Below are positions 41,116 through 50,196 of a stretch of 64,000 bases of DNA, one piece after another. The position numbers and the translations under genes were made by a program. How positions within the stretch are numbered: the stretch's first letter is position 1; every line of letters begins with the position of its first letter. This DNA comes from an uncultured delta proteobacterium (GTDB lineage Bacteria > Desulfobacterota > Desulfobacteria > Desulfobacterales > JAHEIW01): assembly GCA_963706575.1 (NCBI GenBank), contig CAVPNL010000005.1:256001-320000 (forward strand), read 5' to 3'. The notes below the pieces were generated by a model. It saw only the letters and a list, made by a program, of their open reading frames with translations, made no database searches and was not told the DNA's origin.

Positions 41116-41298
41116 ATGGGTTTATCGATGGCTGCTGAGAAAACTTCAGATAAAAGGGACCCCGCAAAAGAAAATCGTCGTTCGAAGGTCGATCGGCGTA
41201 GATTTTCTTATACCGAATATATTCCCGAAAGGCGCTCCAACGGGGATCGACGTAAGGATGAAGAGACAAAAACTGAAAAGGTCCAAAACAGGGAGTAA
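41116..41298 (+). CDS. Small basic protein with repeated RRSxxDRR motifs
   Basis: GGAGG before ATG 41116; ENRRSKVDRRR...PERRSNGDRRK; followed by terminator. Confidence 0.65.
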   Translation: MGLSMAAEKTSDKRDPAKENRRSKVDRRRFSYTEYIPERRSNGDRRKDEETKTEKVQNRE

Positions 41299-41325
41299 CC
41301 GGACGTCACTTTTTTTCATCCGCAA

Positions 41326-41367
41326 AATTAAAAAGGGAACCCGTCTAAGCGGGTTCCCTTTTTAATT
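41326..41367. terminator. Bidirectional intrinsic terminator
   Basis: AATTAAAAAGGGAACCCG-TCTAAG-CGGGTTCCCTTTTTAATT, perfect 18-bp stem. Confidence 0.85.
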
Positions 41368-41387
41368 GTAATTTTGTGAATCTGTAA

Positions 41388-41999
41388 ATGAGAATTTTAA
41401 CACTTTCAGATCGGGTTGAGCCCGTTTTGCATGATCAATTTGATCAACGGCAGTTTGAAGACGCCGACCTGATTCTCGCCTGCGGCGATCTACCACCGGA
41501 ATACCTCTCTTTTGTTTCCGGCAAATTGAACGTACCGCTTTATTTTGTGCGCGGCAACCATGACCTGCGTTATGATGCCGGCCCGCCGCCGGGCTGTGTC
41601 AATCTGGCAGATAAACTGGTTCAATTCAGGGGGAAAAATATTCTCGGGCTGGAAGGTTCTCGCTGGTACAATGGTGGGCCGCACCAGTATACCGAAAGGG
41701 AAATGCACCGGAAGATAAGAGGCTTGCGTCCCCGGATCTGGTGGAAAGGCGGAGTCGACATCGTCATTACGCATGCACCGCCACGGCACATCCATGATGC
41801 AGAAGACAGGTGTCACAGAGGCTTTAAGAGTTTTCGCTGGTTGATTGACAAATATTCACCGCATTATTTCATTCATGGACACATTCACGCGAATTTTAAC
41901 GAGCCGTCCGATCGGGTAACGATCGTTAACCGCACACGCGTTATTAATACCTATGGATATCATCTGTTTGATTTTGACGGCACCGCGGATGCAGAATAA
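41388..41999 (+). CDS. Calcineurin-like metallophosphoesterase
   Basis: LSD, CGD, RGNHD, THAPP, HGHIH. Confidence 0.9.
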   Translation: MRILTLSDRVEPVLHDQFDQRQFEDADLILACGDLPPEYLSFVSGKLNVPLYFVRGNHDLRYDAGPPPGCVNLADKLVQFRGKNILGLEGSRWYNGGPHQYTEREMHRKIRGLRPRIWWKGGVDIVITHAPPRHIHDAEDRCHRGFKSFRWLIDKYSPHYFIHGHIHANFNEPSDRVTIVNRTRVINTYGYHLFDFDGTADAE

Positions 42000-42036
42000 T
42001 TATTGAATCGGCGTTGGATACCACTGGATTACCGAA

Positions 42037-43071
42037 ATGCTAAAATCTTTCAAGGAAGTTCAGGAGCAAGAGGCGGCTTTTGATACCCGCGATCGCGGAA
42101 CCCGTATGGTTCCGTTGGACCGAATCGTCGGTAGCGTTGGCCGTTATCAAGATTTTGACGAACGCTTCCGGATCCGGTCCCATCTCCCCCCTGAAAGGCT
42201 GGAAAAAATAAGAAGCAAAATGAGAGCGGGTAAAACGCTGCCGCCGGTTAAGCTGTATCAAATCAAAAATGATTACTATGCCCTGGACGGCAATCATCGA
42301 ATCGCGGCTGCCAATGATCTCGGCTACGGGGAAATCCAAGCTCAAATTCTCGAGTTTCTGCCTTCGAAAGGCTCTAAAGAAAACCTGCTCTACCGTGAAA
42401 AAGCCCAGTTCGACGATCATACCCAGTTACCGTATTCCATTGAGCTGACTGATTTCGGCCAATACGAACACTTAATTGAGCAGATATCCAGACACCGGGA
42501 TTATCTTGAAAAGAACGCCGCCACACCGATTGCTCTTCAAAAAGCGGCCAAAGACTGGTATGAAACCATTTATAAACCGCTAATTGCCATTATTAAAAAA
42601 GGAGATCTGATCGGACACTTCCCGGGCAGAACCCTGGCGGATCTTTATACCTTCATATCCGCTCACCAATGGGAGCGCAAAGACCACGGACTCAGATATG
42701 GAATTGGAATCAGTCAACTGGTTCCCAAGAACATGGAGGATTTTCGGAAAAAAATGGCTAAATTAAAAGAGACCGAATACCCTGAAATGCTGCGGGAGAT
42801 TACCGCTTTTGTGCTGATAAACGCGTCGGCTAAAAAAGAGGTTCGTCTTGTCGACAAACTCATCAACCTTGACGAAGTAAAAGAAGTGCATTCAGTCCAC
42901 GGCAGTGTGGATATTATTGCCAAAATCGTGTTGAGGCGCGATCTGGTCTCCTCGGATGCTGAAACCATCGGAGATTTTATACATAACAAGATCCGGCAAC
43001 TTTCCGGTGTGATCAGTACCCAGACCTTAATCCCGGGCTACTCCAAAATAAAGAAGAAAGATGAAAATTAA
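42037..43071 (+). CDS. ParB/Srx-like N-terminal domain + DUF4032-like middle + Lrp/AsnC ligand-binding C-terminal domain
   Basis: IVGSVGRY.DFD, LPPVKLY..YY..DGNHR; WYE.IY.P..FPGRT.ADLY; AFVLIN...EVHSVHGSVDIIAKI...IRQLSGVISTQTLI. Confidence 0.8.
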   Translation: MLKSFKEVQEQEAAFDTRDRGTRMVPLDRIVGSVGRYQDFDERFRIRSHLPPERLEKIRSKMRAGKTLPPVKLYQIKNDYYALDGNHRIAAANDLGYGEIQAQILEFLPSKGSKENLLYREKAQFDDHTQLPYSIELTDFGQYEHLIEQISRHRDYLEKNAATPIALQKAAKDWYETIYKPLIAIIKKGDLIGHFPGRTLADLYTFISAHQWERKDHGLRYGIGISQLVPKNMEDFRKKMAKLKETEYPEMLREITAFVLINASAKKEVRLVDKLINLDEVKEVHSVHGSVDIIAKIVLRRDLVSSDAETIGDFIHNKIRQLSGVISTQTLIPGYSKIKKKDEN

Positions 43072-43079
43072 ATCGGAGT

Positions 43080-43468
43080 TTACGATTCAGGCCATTTAAT
43101 GCCGTTGGACGGTTTGACGAGCTGTTTCCGAATAAACTCGTGAATCTGATCTGAAACATCTTTTGTCCAGGTAGCGAGCGACCCCGGCGCCGGTGCCAAC
43201 GGCGACCTGGGTAAAATTTCGATCCACCCGTTTAACTTCCACCGTGACGGGAGTACCATTCCCACGTCTTGCCAATATTTCGGTTCTTAATTCATCCGCT
43301 TTTTTCATTTAAAATAGATATTTCAAGATTTTCCAATGCATCCGTGCTGGCCTGAACCGCTTCATTATATTGCAATTGGTACGTTTTTATTAATTTGCCC
43401 TGAAGTTCGGCACAGCCGCCGGTCAACAGTGAAACAGACAGGCAGATGATGAGAAAGGCAGATTTCAT
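43080..43468 (-). CDS. DUF3568-like lipoprotein, ~128 aa after removing two +1 insertions
   Basis: Lipobox LTGGC; three overlapping minus-strand ORFs join (…ISILNEK/KADELRTEI…RYLDK/DVSDQIHEFI…). Confidence 0.6.
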
Positions 43469-43564
43469 GTAATTATAATATCTTATTTTTGTCACGGAGT
43501 CAAAAATGATGCCATTCGAATTTCCAACTGGTTCGCGATCGTGATCTATTTTGTTGCGGTGAAG

Positions 43565-43604
43565 TGTTAACTTGTTAACTTTACACTTGTTAACATATGT
43601 AAAC
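43565..43604. promoter_or_regulatory. Clustered TGTTAAC sites, candidate enhancer
   Basis: TGTTAAC at 43565, 43573, 43588 and TGTAAAC at 43598, 75-115 bp upstream of a sigma-54 site across an AT-rich spacer. Confidence 0.45.
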
Positions 43605-43678
43605 TAAATGAATCGGCAAGATCACCCCAATAATTAAATTTATATAATAAATACAAATAGATATAATGTTAACAGGGT

Positions 43679-43694
43679 TGGCACGATGATTGCT
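43679..43694 (+). promoter_or_regulatory. Sigma-54 (-24/-12) promoter
   Basis: TGGCACGATGATTGCT matches TGGCACG-N4-TTGCW. Confidence 0.85.
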
Positions 43695-43819
43695 ATTTAT
43701 TTTCTTATTTATAAGGTAGCAGCTATGAACCATCCTGCAAACTAGGCGATTGGCATTTAAATTTTCTACTTAAACTCAACAATTATAAATAAACAGAAAT
43801 TTCATTAAAAGGAGGAACC

Positions 43820-44165
43820 ATGTTCAAAAAGATATTTTTAACCATGTTGGCACTTGTTTTTTGTTTTCAGCACCGTGGGGGTCAGCTTTGCGCTGGATAA
43901 AGGCAACAAGCGCAAAGGCAAATACACCTACCGCAAAGTTTACAAGGCCTGTTTTGAGCGCGGAGAGGTTGAATCCAAGGTGCCGCCCATCAGCCCGGCC
44001 GACAAGACCCAGGCGGAGTGGACATCTGTTTTCGAGTCAAAGAAATTTGAGATGTTTGGATGCGATGAAGAGTGGGCACAACTGTCGGAAATTGAAGTTA
44101 CTGATATCTATACGTATTTGCATGATCATGCCTTTGATTCACCCACACCGGCGAAATGCAAATAA
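43820..44165 (+). CDS. Exported cytochrome-c-like protein lacking CXXCH (~114 aa; +1 insertion in T run ~43860)
   Basis: AAGGAGG before ATG 43820; signal peptide; GNKRKGKY.YRK, SP..KTQAEW, YLHDHAFDSPTPAKCK. Confidence 0.65.
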
Positions 44166-44245
44166 CTGCAGGATTCCATCAGGGTCAATTAAAGGAGGGG
44201 GCGTTAATTCCGCTTTCAAACCCATAGAAAATAAAGAAGGAGGTT

Positions 44246-45366
44246 ATGATGCGTTTAACAAAATTGACGGCATTATCTTTTGTGCTCTGCCTAGTTCTGG
44301 CATTCGCTTTTGGATGTGCCGGCACCCAGAAGACAGCCGAGCCGGCCAAAGCCGACTGGCAGTTTCACGACATTGTGGATGTGGGGTTTGTGCAGCCGTA
44401 CGCCACGGTGCCCCAGCCCGAAGGGGTGATGATCATTGATGCGCGGCCCTATCAGCCCAAATACGCCAACGGTCACATTCCCACGGCCATCAGTATTCCG
44501 GACAGCCAGTTTGACAAAATGACCGACAAACTGCCCGAGGATAAGAATGCGCTTCTGATCTTTTATTGCGACGGCCCCACCTGAAAGCTGAGTCACAAAT
44601 CCGCCTGGAAGGCGGAAAAACTGGGTTACAGCAACGTTAAGGTGTTTGCCGCGGGTTTTCCGGCCTGGATGAAAGCCAAAGGCAATTATGCGGCGGTTTC
44701 CGTTGAATACGTGGCCAAACAGGTCGAGTCCAATGCAGGCCATCGTCATCGATTCACGGCCCAAAAAACCCAAGTATGACAAGGGCCATATTCCTTCGGC
44801 CATCAGCATTCCCGACAGCGAGTTTGACAAGCTGCAGGGCAAGTTGCCCCGGGACAGCGAAACACCGCTGATTTTTTACTGTGACGGTTTTACCTGAAAG
44901 TTGAGCCATCAATCCGCCCGGAGGGCGGTCCAGCTGGGCTATACGAATGTCAAGGTGTTTGCCGCGGGCTATCCGGCCTGGAAAAAGGCATACGGTGCAG
45001 CGCCGGCAGCCGTTGCGGTTAAGGCCGGCAGCGCAGAAGGCTCGATCGACATCGCCACCTTTGAAAAGATCATAAAAGAAAATCCGCAGAGCATTATGCT
45101 CATCGATGTGCGCGATCCCGATGAGTTTGCGGCCGGGTCGTTTAAAACCGCCGTTAATATTCCCACCGACGAACTGGAGAAAAAAATTCGCCACCCTGCC
45201 GGCAGATAAACCCATCGTGTTTGTCTGTAACACCGGTGCCAGAAGCGGTGAGGCGTTTTACATGGTCCAGGATATCCGGCCGGAGATGAAAAAGGTCTAT
45301 TACCTGGAAGCTGAAACGATCTATAACAAGGACGGATCGGTTAAGATTACCAAGCCGGCTTCCTAA
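44246..45366 (+). CDS. Three-domain rhodanese lipoprotein, probable double selenoprotein (TGA 44582-44584 and 44895-44897); ~372 aa after removing two +1 insertions (~44736, ~45185)
   Basis: AAGGAGG RBS, lipobox AFGC; LIFYCDGPT-U-KLSHKSA..LGYSNVKVFAAGFPAW and LIFYCDGFT-U-KLSHQSA..LGYTNVKVFAAGYPAW; third domain IVFVCNTGARS. Confidence 0.88.
44600..44616 (+). promoter_or_regulatory. Candidate bacterial SECIS hairpin 1
   Basis: TCCGCCT-GGA-AGGCGGA; G-initiated loop after a 22-nt spacer from TGA. Confidence 0.7.
44914..44928 (+). promoter_or_regulatory. Candidate bacterial SECIS hairpin 2
   Basis: CCGCCC-GGA-GGGCGG; same 22-nt spacing, compensatory T-A to C-G pair relative to hairpin 1. Confidence 0.7.
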
Positions 45367-45400
45367 CGTTTAATTGAATACAAGAATGCATAGAGACGAT

Positions 45401-45429
45401 TGCAGCCGTTCCTTCCGGGGACGGCTGCA
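45401..45429 (+). terminator. Stem-loop after rhodanese gene
   Basis: TGCAGCCGTTCC-TTCCG-GGGACGGCTGCA; no clear U tract. Confidence 0.45.
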
Positions 45430-45460
45430 TTCACTGATAAGCATAGGGGCTTTGCCCCAG

Positions 45461-45580
45461 TTGGAATGATGGAACAATGGAATGTATGGGATAATGGGTT
45501 TAAAAAAACTGAATTCAGAACGGCAAATTAAGCTTCTTTTCTTACCCAGTATTCCAATTTTCCACTATTCCATTATTCCA
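45461..45580. repeat. Short-unit inverted repeat (TGGAA units / TTCCA units)
   Basis: ttggaatgatggaacaatggaatgtatgggataatggg ... cccagtattccaattttccactattccattattcca. Confidence 0.75.
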
Positions 45581-45671
45581 TGTGGCTGACAAAAACAGAT
45601 AGCCACAAAAAGTATTACAATTCCAAAAAGTTATAGAAATTCCGAGACGTTTAATTACAGGGGAGTCAACA

Positions 45672-47322
45672 ATGAAAGCAGTAGAAAAGAAGAATTCTTT
45701 TCTTAAATATATTATCCTGATAATGGCCGGGTTGATGCTGTGGTGTACCGTGTTATTTGCTGCACAGAGCGATGAGAGCCAGGCGCCCGGGCGCACCATG
45801 GCCCAGCAGGCCACCAAGGGCCAAAAGGTCTGGAATACCACCGATCATACCAAACACAAAGCCTTGCAGCAAGGATTTTAAATCCGGCCTGGAGGTCACC
45901 CAGGCCTGTCTTTCCTGTCATTCCGAAGCCGAAGCCCAGTTTCACAAAACCGATTCACTGGACCTGGCTGGCCGATCCGGCGGACAAAAACAAACAGTTC
46001 GGCAAAGCCGGAAATTCTCTCAATAATTTCTGTATTTCAACCAACAAAACCAAAGACAAGGGCTGTCTGTCCTGCCATCCGGGATGGGGCACCTCCAGGG
46101 ATAAGGGGATCAACTGTCTGGTCTGTCACAGTCGAAAAGGAAATGAACTGGGATGAAGCCATGACAGATATCAAGGCTTTTCTCGAAGCCGGCGATGAGG
46201 ATTCGCTGGAAATTGCCAGAGAGATCCAGGCCGAGCTGCGCGAAGCGGCCCAGAGCATGTGGTCGACCCGGCCGCAAAAATTGCGGGTCCTGCCATTTTT
46301 ACGGCGGCGGCGGTGACGGGGTGAAACACGGCGACCTGGATACCTCTCTGGCCAAACCCAATAAGGCCCTGGATGTCCACATGGGCGTCGACGGCCGCAA
46401 TTTTGACTTGTGTGCGCTGTCACACCACCAACCTGCATAATATTGCCGGTCGGGTTTATACACTGCCGGCGGCAGCGGAGCGCAAGAGCCTGGTGGAAGA
46501 TGATTTGGCCTCCAAGATCACCTGCGAATCCTGTCACACCCAGTACGCCCCACAAAGCCGGGTCCAAGGCCAACGATCATACGGACAAGGTGGCCTGCCA
46601 GAGCTGTCATATTCCGGAGTTTGCCCGGGTGAATCCCACCAAGATGTCCTGGGATTGGGCCCAGGCCGGCAGAAAAAAAGACGGCAAAAAATACAAGACC
46701 AAAGACGAGTTCGGCAAATTCGATTATATGACCATCAAGGGTCAGATGAAGTGGGCCAAAAATATCAAACCTGAATATCTCTGGTATAACGGCATCATTA
46801 AATCAGTGACGGCCAAGGATCAAATTGATCCCGGCCAGCCGGTAAAAGTTTCCTGGCCAGAGGGCAGCCGGTTGGATCCCAACGCCCGCATCTATCCGTT
46901 TAAAGTCCATCGCGGCAAACAGCCATACGACAAGGAGCACAATACACTGCTGGTACCGCTGCTGTCCGGCAAAGATGGTTACTGGACGACCCTGGATTGG
47001 AATCGGGCCCTGAGTAAAGGCCAGGAAGCTGTGGATCTGCCTTTTTCAGGCCGGTTTGATTTTGTGGAGACCACCTATGTATTTCCGATTACCCATATGG
47101 TGGCGCCCAAAGAAAACGCCCTGGCCTGCAGCGAGTGCCACAGTCGACAGGACAGCCGTCTGGCGAATCTGGGCGGTTTCTACATGCCCGGGCGGGATCG
47201 GGGTCAATTGGCTCGATATCTTGGGCTGGATCGCTGTGTTAGGCGCTTTAGCCGGGGTGGTTCTGCACGGCGCGGGTCGATTTTTTGCCAACGGCAAAAA
47301 CAACAAAAACAGCGCGAAATAA
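45672..47322 (+). CDS. Octaheme c-type cytochrome, tetrathionate reductase (OTR) family, ~547 aa after removing seven +1 insertions
   Basis: Reconstructed frame has eight CXXCH (CLSCH, CLSCH, CLVCH, CGSCH, CVRCH, CESCH, CQSCH, CSECH) plus IHWTW, NNFC, FYGGGGDGVKHGDLD, DVHMG, HMVAPKE; signal peptide and C-terminal TM anchor. Confidence 0.88.
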
Positions 47323-47362
47323 TTCATCGCCGTAAAAGGCTTGTCCTAATGGAACGCGGTAC

Positions 47363-47403
47363 AAAAAGGGGGTCCGCCCGAGGCGGATTCCCTTTTTTCT
47401 TTT
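47363..47403 (+). terminator. Intrinsic terminator after OTR
   Basis: AAAAAGGGGGTCCGCC-CGA-GGCGGATTCCCTTTTT followed by more T. Confidence 0.75.
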
Positions 47404-47481
47404 CTGCTTGCAGATTTAATCAAATTGGTTCAAAATTAATCCGCCCGTAAACATCTGACCCCGAAGCATGGAAGCTAAAAA

Positions 47482-47889
47482 ATGGGAAAACCAAAAATCC
47501 TGGTGGTGGATGACGAGCGTGACATGCGCATATTTGTCTCGACAGTCGCCGAAACCCTGGGTTTTGAAGCCATTGTTGCCAAAGATGGAGCCGAAGCGCT
47601 GCTGAAGGCGGGTTCGAACCCGCCCGCGCTGGTCATCCTTGATGTCATGATGCCGAAAATCGACGACGGCATCCAAACCTATCGGCAATTTAGAACCGAC
47701 CCAAATCTTTCGCATATACCGATAATCATGCTGTCGGCCATTGCAGAAAAAACCTTCTTGCACTCCATTAAAATGTTAAGCCCCCAGCAAGGCCATCAGC
47801 TGCCCGACCCCGAGGCCTATATGGAAAAACCACCGGATGCAAATGAGCTAAGCCGGCTGATAAGCACGCTGTTACCGGCCGATACTTAA
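47482..47889 (+). CDS. Single-domain response regulator
   Basis: ILVVDDE, LDVMMP, MLSA, EKP. Confidence 0.9.
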   Translation: MGKPKILVVDDERDMRIFVSTVAETLGFEAIVAKDGAEALLKAGSNPPALVILDVMMPKIDDGIQTYRQFRTDPNLSHIPIIMLSAIAEKTFLHSIKMLSPQQGHQLPDPEAYMEKPPDANELSRLISTLLPADT

Positions 47890-47919
47890 ATTTTTTGAAA
47901 CACCCCAAACGGTATAACC

Positions 47920-50196
47920 ATGGTCGCTGCATTTAAAAAAATTCGCAATAGTATTGTTTCAAAACTCACGATTCTGGTCGGTTTTGTCTTGCTGATCAGC
48001 ATATCGGTGTGGTCCTATTTTAACATCGACTATCAACAAAAGAAGGCGATGGCGGGCATCTTTGAAGCGGCTGATGGATTATCCCACGCCATCAAGCTCG
48101 GCACCCATTATGCCATGATGAACAATTTAAGGGATGATCTGACCCAGATCATCAAAAACATCGCCAGAGAAAAAAAGCTTAAAAACATACGGATTTACAA
48201 TAAAAACGGGGAAATAAAATTTTCAAACATGGATTCGGAACTGGATCGGATGACCAACATAAAAGATGAAGCCTGTTACATCTGCCACCGCACGGATCCG
48301 CCCCTTTCCGAACTGAACCTGTTGGAAAGAACGCGCATTTTTACCTCCCCTCAGGGCTATCGACTTCTGGGTATCATCAGCCCCATATACAGCGAGCCGG
48401 GGTGCGCATCGAGTGCTTGCCACGCCCATCCGGCTGACAAAAAGGTTCTAGGCGCCCTGGATCTGGTGATATCGCTGGACCAGACCGATAAAGAAATAGC
48501 CTTGTTTAAAAACTGGCTGATTGCTTTTGCGGTTTTTGTCTTTGTGATCACTTCGGCGGTGATCATCTTTTTTGTTTTGCGATTTGTGAAACGGCCCATC
48601 AAGCAAATGATAAACGGCACGCACCTGATTGCCAACGGCGAGTATTTGAATCAGATCGATGTGGATCAGGGTGATGAAATGGGGCAGCTGTCGGTTGCGA
48701 TTGACAAGATGGGCAAAAAAATCGGCGAAAAACAGGCCGAACTGAACCGGCAGCGCAATGAATACCAGAATCTGTTCGAACGGGTTCCCTGCATCATCAC
48801 GGTTCAGGATCGCGACTATAAACTGGTCCGGTATAATAAAGAATTTTATGAAAAATTCAAACCCAAGAACGGCGATTATTGTTACGCTGCCTATAAAGGT
48901 CGTAAGGAAAAATGCGTGATCTGCCCGGTTGAAAGAACCTTTGAAGACGGTTTATCGCACTTCAGCGAGGAAAGGGGGGTCAACAAGGATGGGACCCCTA
49001 CCCATTGGATTGTCAATACTTCTCCGATAAAAGATGAAAATGGTGAAATTGTGGCCGCCATGGAGATGAGTCTCGATGTCACCCAAACCAAAATACTGGA
49101 GGAACAACTCGAAAAATCCGAAAAAAAATACTACGCCATATTTGATAACATACCCAATCCGGTTTTTGTTCTGGATATGGATACCCTCAAGATCCTGGAT
49201 TGCAACACCAGCGTTGAAGGGGTTTATGGGTATACCAAGGATGAGATGATTGAAAGATCCTTTTTGGAACTGTTCAGGCAAGAAGAACACGATCATTACA
49301 GGACATTGATAAAAACGACCTCCGTCATAAACCAGGTCAGACATCTGAACAAAAATGGTGGCTCACTTTTCGTTGATATCCGGATATCACCCTCTGAATA
49401 TCCTGGAGAAAAAGTCTATCTGGTAACGACCAGCGATATTACCCAACGGCTGGAAACCGAACAGCAACTCATACAGGCCAGCAAAATGGCAACTTTGGGC
49501 GAAATGGCCACAGGCGTGGCGCATGAGCTCAATCAGCCCCTTTCTGTCATCAAGACGGCCAGTCAGTTTTTTATGAAAAAGATCCGCAAAAAAGAAAAGA
49601 TCGAAGATGATATTCTGTTTAGCATGACAGAGGAGATCGATGCCTATGTTGACCGTGCCGCCAAAATCATCAATCACATGCGCCAATTTGGACGAATGTC
49701 GGATATCACCCTGGAAAAAATTCAGGTTAACACGGTGCTGAAAAATGCGCTCGAAATCCTGGGACAACAGCTGAAAGTCAGGGGAATCGAGGTGATCTGG
49801 GATCTTGAGGATGATCTTCCTTTGATCATGGCGGACTCTGATCGGCTGGAACAGGTTTTTGTCAATCTATTGATTAATGCGCGGGATGCCATCGATGAAC
49901 GCTGGCAATCGCAACCCCATCAAAAGGGTGACAAAAAAATTATTTTGAAAACGAAATCAGGTCCCCGTGAGATTGCCGTGGAGATCAGAGATACGGGAGC
50001 GGGGATCCCGGATCCTATTTTAGAGCGAATATTCGAGCCGTTTTTTACGACCAAAAAAGTGGGGCAGGGTACCGGTCTGGGTCTTTCCATAAGTTACGGA
50101 ATCATCAAGGATTGTAAAGGCCGCATTCAGGCCGTCGCCCGCAAAGATGGCGGCGCCGGTTTTATTATCAAATTTCCCATTGCGGAAGAAGACTGA
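47920..50196 (+). CDS. Membrane sensor histidine kinase with periplasmic heme-c motifs, HAMP and two PAS domains
   Basis: TM-periplasm (CYICH, CASSACH)-TM, DEMGQL, PAS with CY..YKG....[18 protein letters not shown]. Confidence 0.92.
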   Translation: MVAAFKKIRNSIVSKLTILVGFVLLISISVWSYFNIDYQQKKAMAGIFEAADGLSHAIKLGTHYAMMNNLRDDLTQIIKNIAREKKLKNIRIYNKNGEIKFSNMDSELDRMTNIKDEACYICHRTDPPLSELNLLERTRIFTSPQGYRLLGIISPIYSEPGCASSACHAHPADKKVLGALDLVISLDQTDKEIALFKNWLIAFAVFVFVITSAVIIFFVLRFVKRPIKQMINGTHLIANGEYLNQIDVDQGDEMGQLSVAIDKMGKKIGEKQAELNRQRNEYQNLFERVPCIITVQDRDYKLVRYNKEFYEKFKPKNGDYCYAAYKGRKEKCVICPVERTFEDGLSHFSEERGVNKDGTPTHWIVNTSPIKDENGEIVAAMEMSLDVTQTKILEEQLEKSEKKYYAIFDNIPNPVFVLDMDTLKILDCNTSVEGVYGYTKDEMIERSFLELFRQEEHDHYRTLIKTTSVINQVRHLNKNGGSLFVDIRISPSEYPGEKVYLVTTSDITQRLETEQQLIQASKMATLGEMATGVAHELNQPLSVIKTASQFFMKKIRKKEKIEDDILFSMTEEIDAYVDRAAKIINHMRQFGRMSDITLEKIQVNTVLKNALEILGQQLKVRGIEVIWDLEDDLPLIMADSDRLEQVFVNLLINARDAIDERWQSQPHQKGDKKIILKTKSGPREIAVEIRDTGAGIPDPILERIFEPFFTTKKVGQGTGLGLSISYGIIKDCKGRIQAVARKDGGAGFIIKFPIAEED

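Noticed and set aside
41989..42036. Upstream ATG with in-frame TGA (42004) as a Sec extension of the ParB-like gene
   Set aside because: No Cys-like motif context, no hairpin seen, and a usable ATG exists at 42037
42037..43071. Chromosome partition protein ParB or Lrp transcription factor
   Set aside because: No parA neighbour and no recognisable HTH for either family
46154..46156. TGA in the OTR region as selenocysteine
   Set aside because: It lies just after an insertion in the AAAAGG run; the corrected frame reads EMNWDEA with no stop
45672..47322. OTR as a true pseudogene
   Set aside because: All eight heme motifs are intact and only +1 insertions occur; error is more likely, though raw reads are needed
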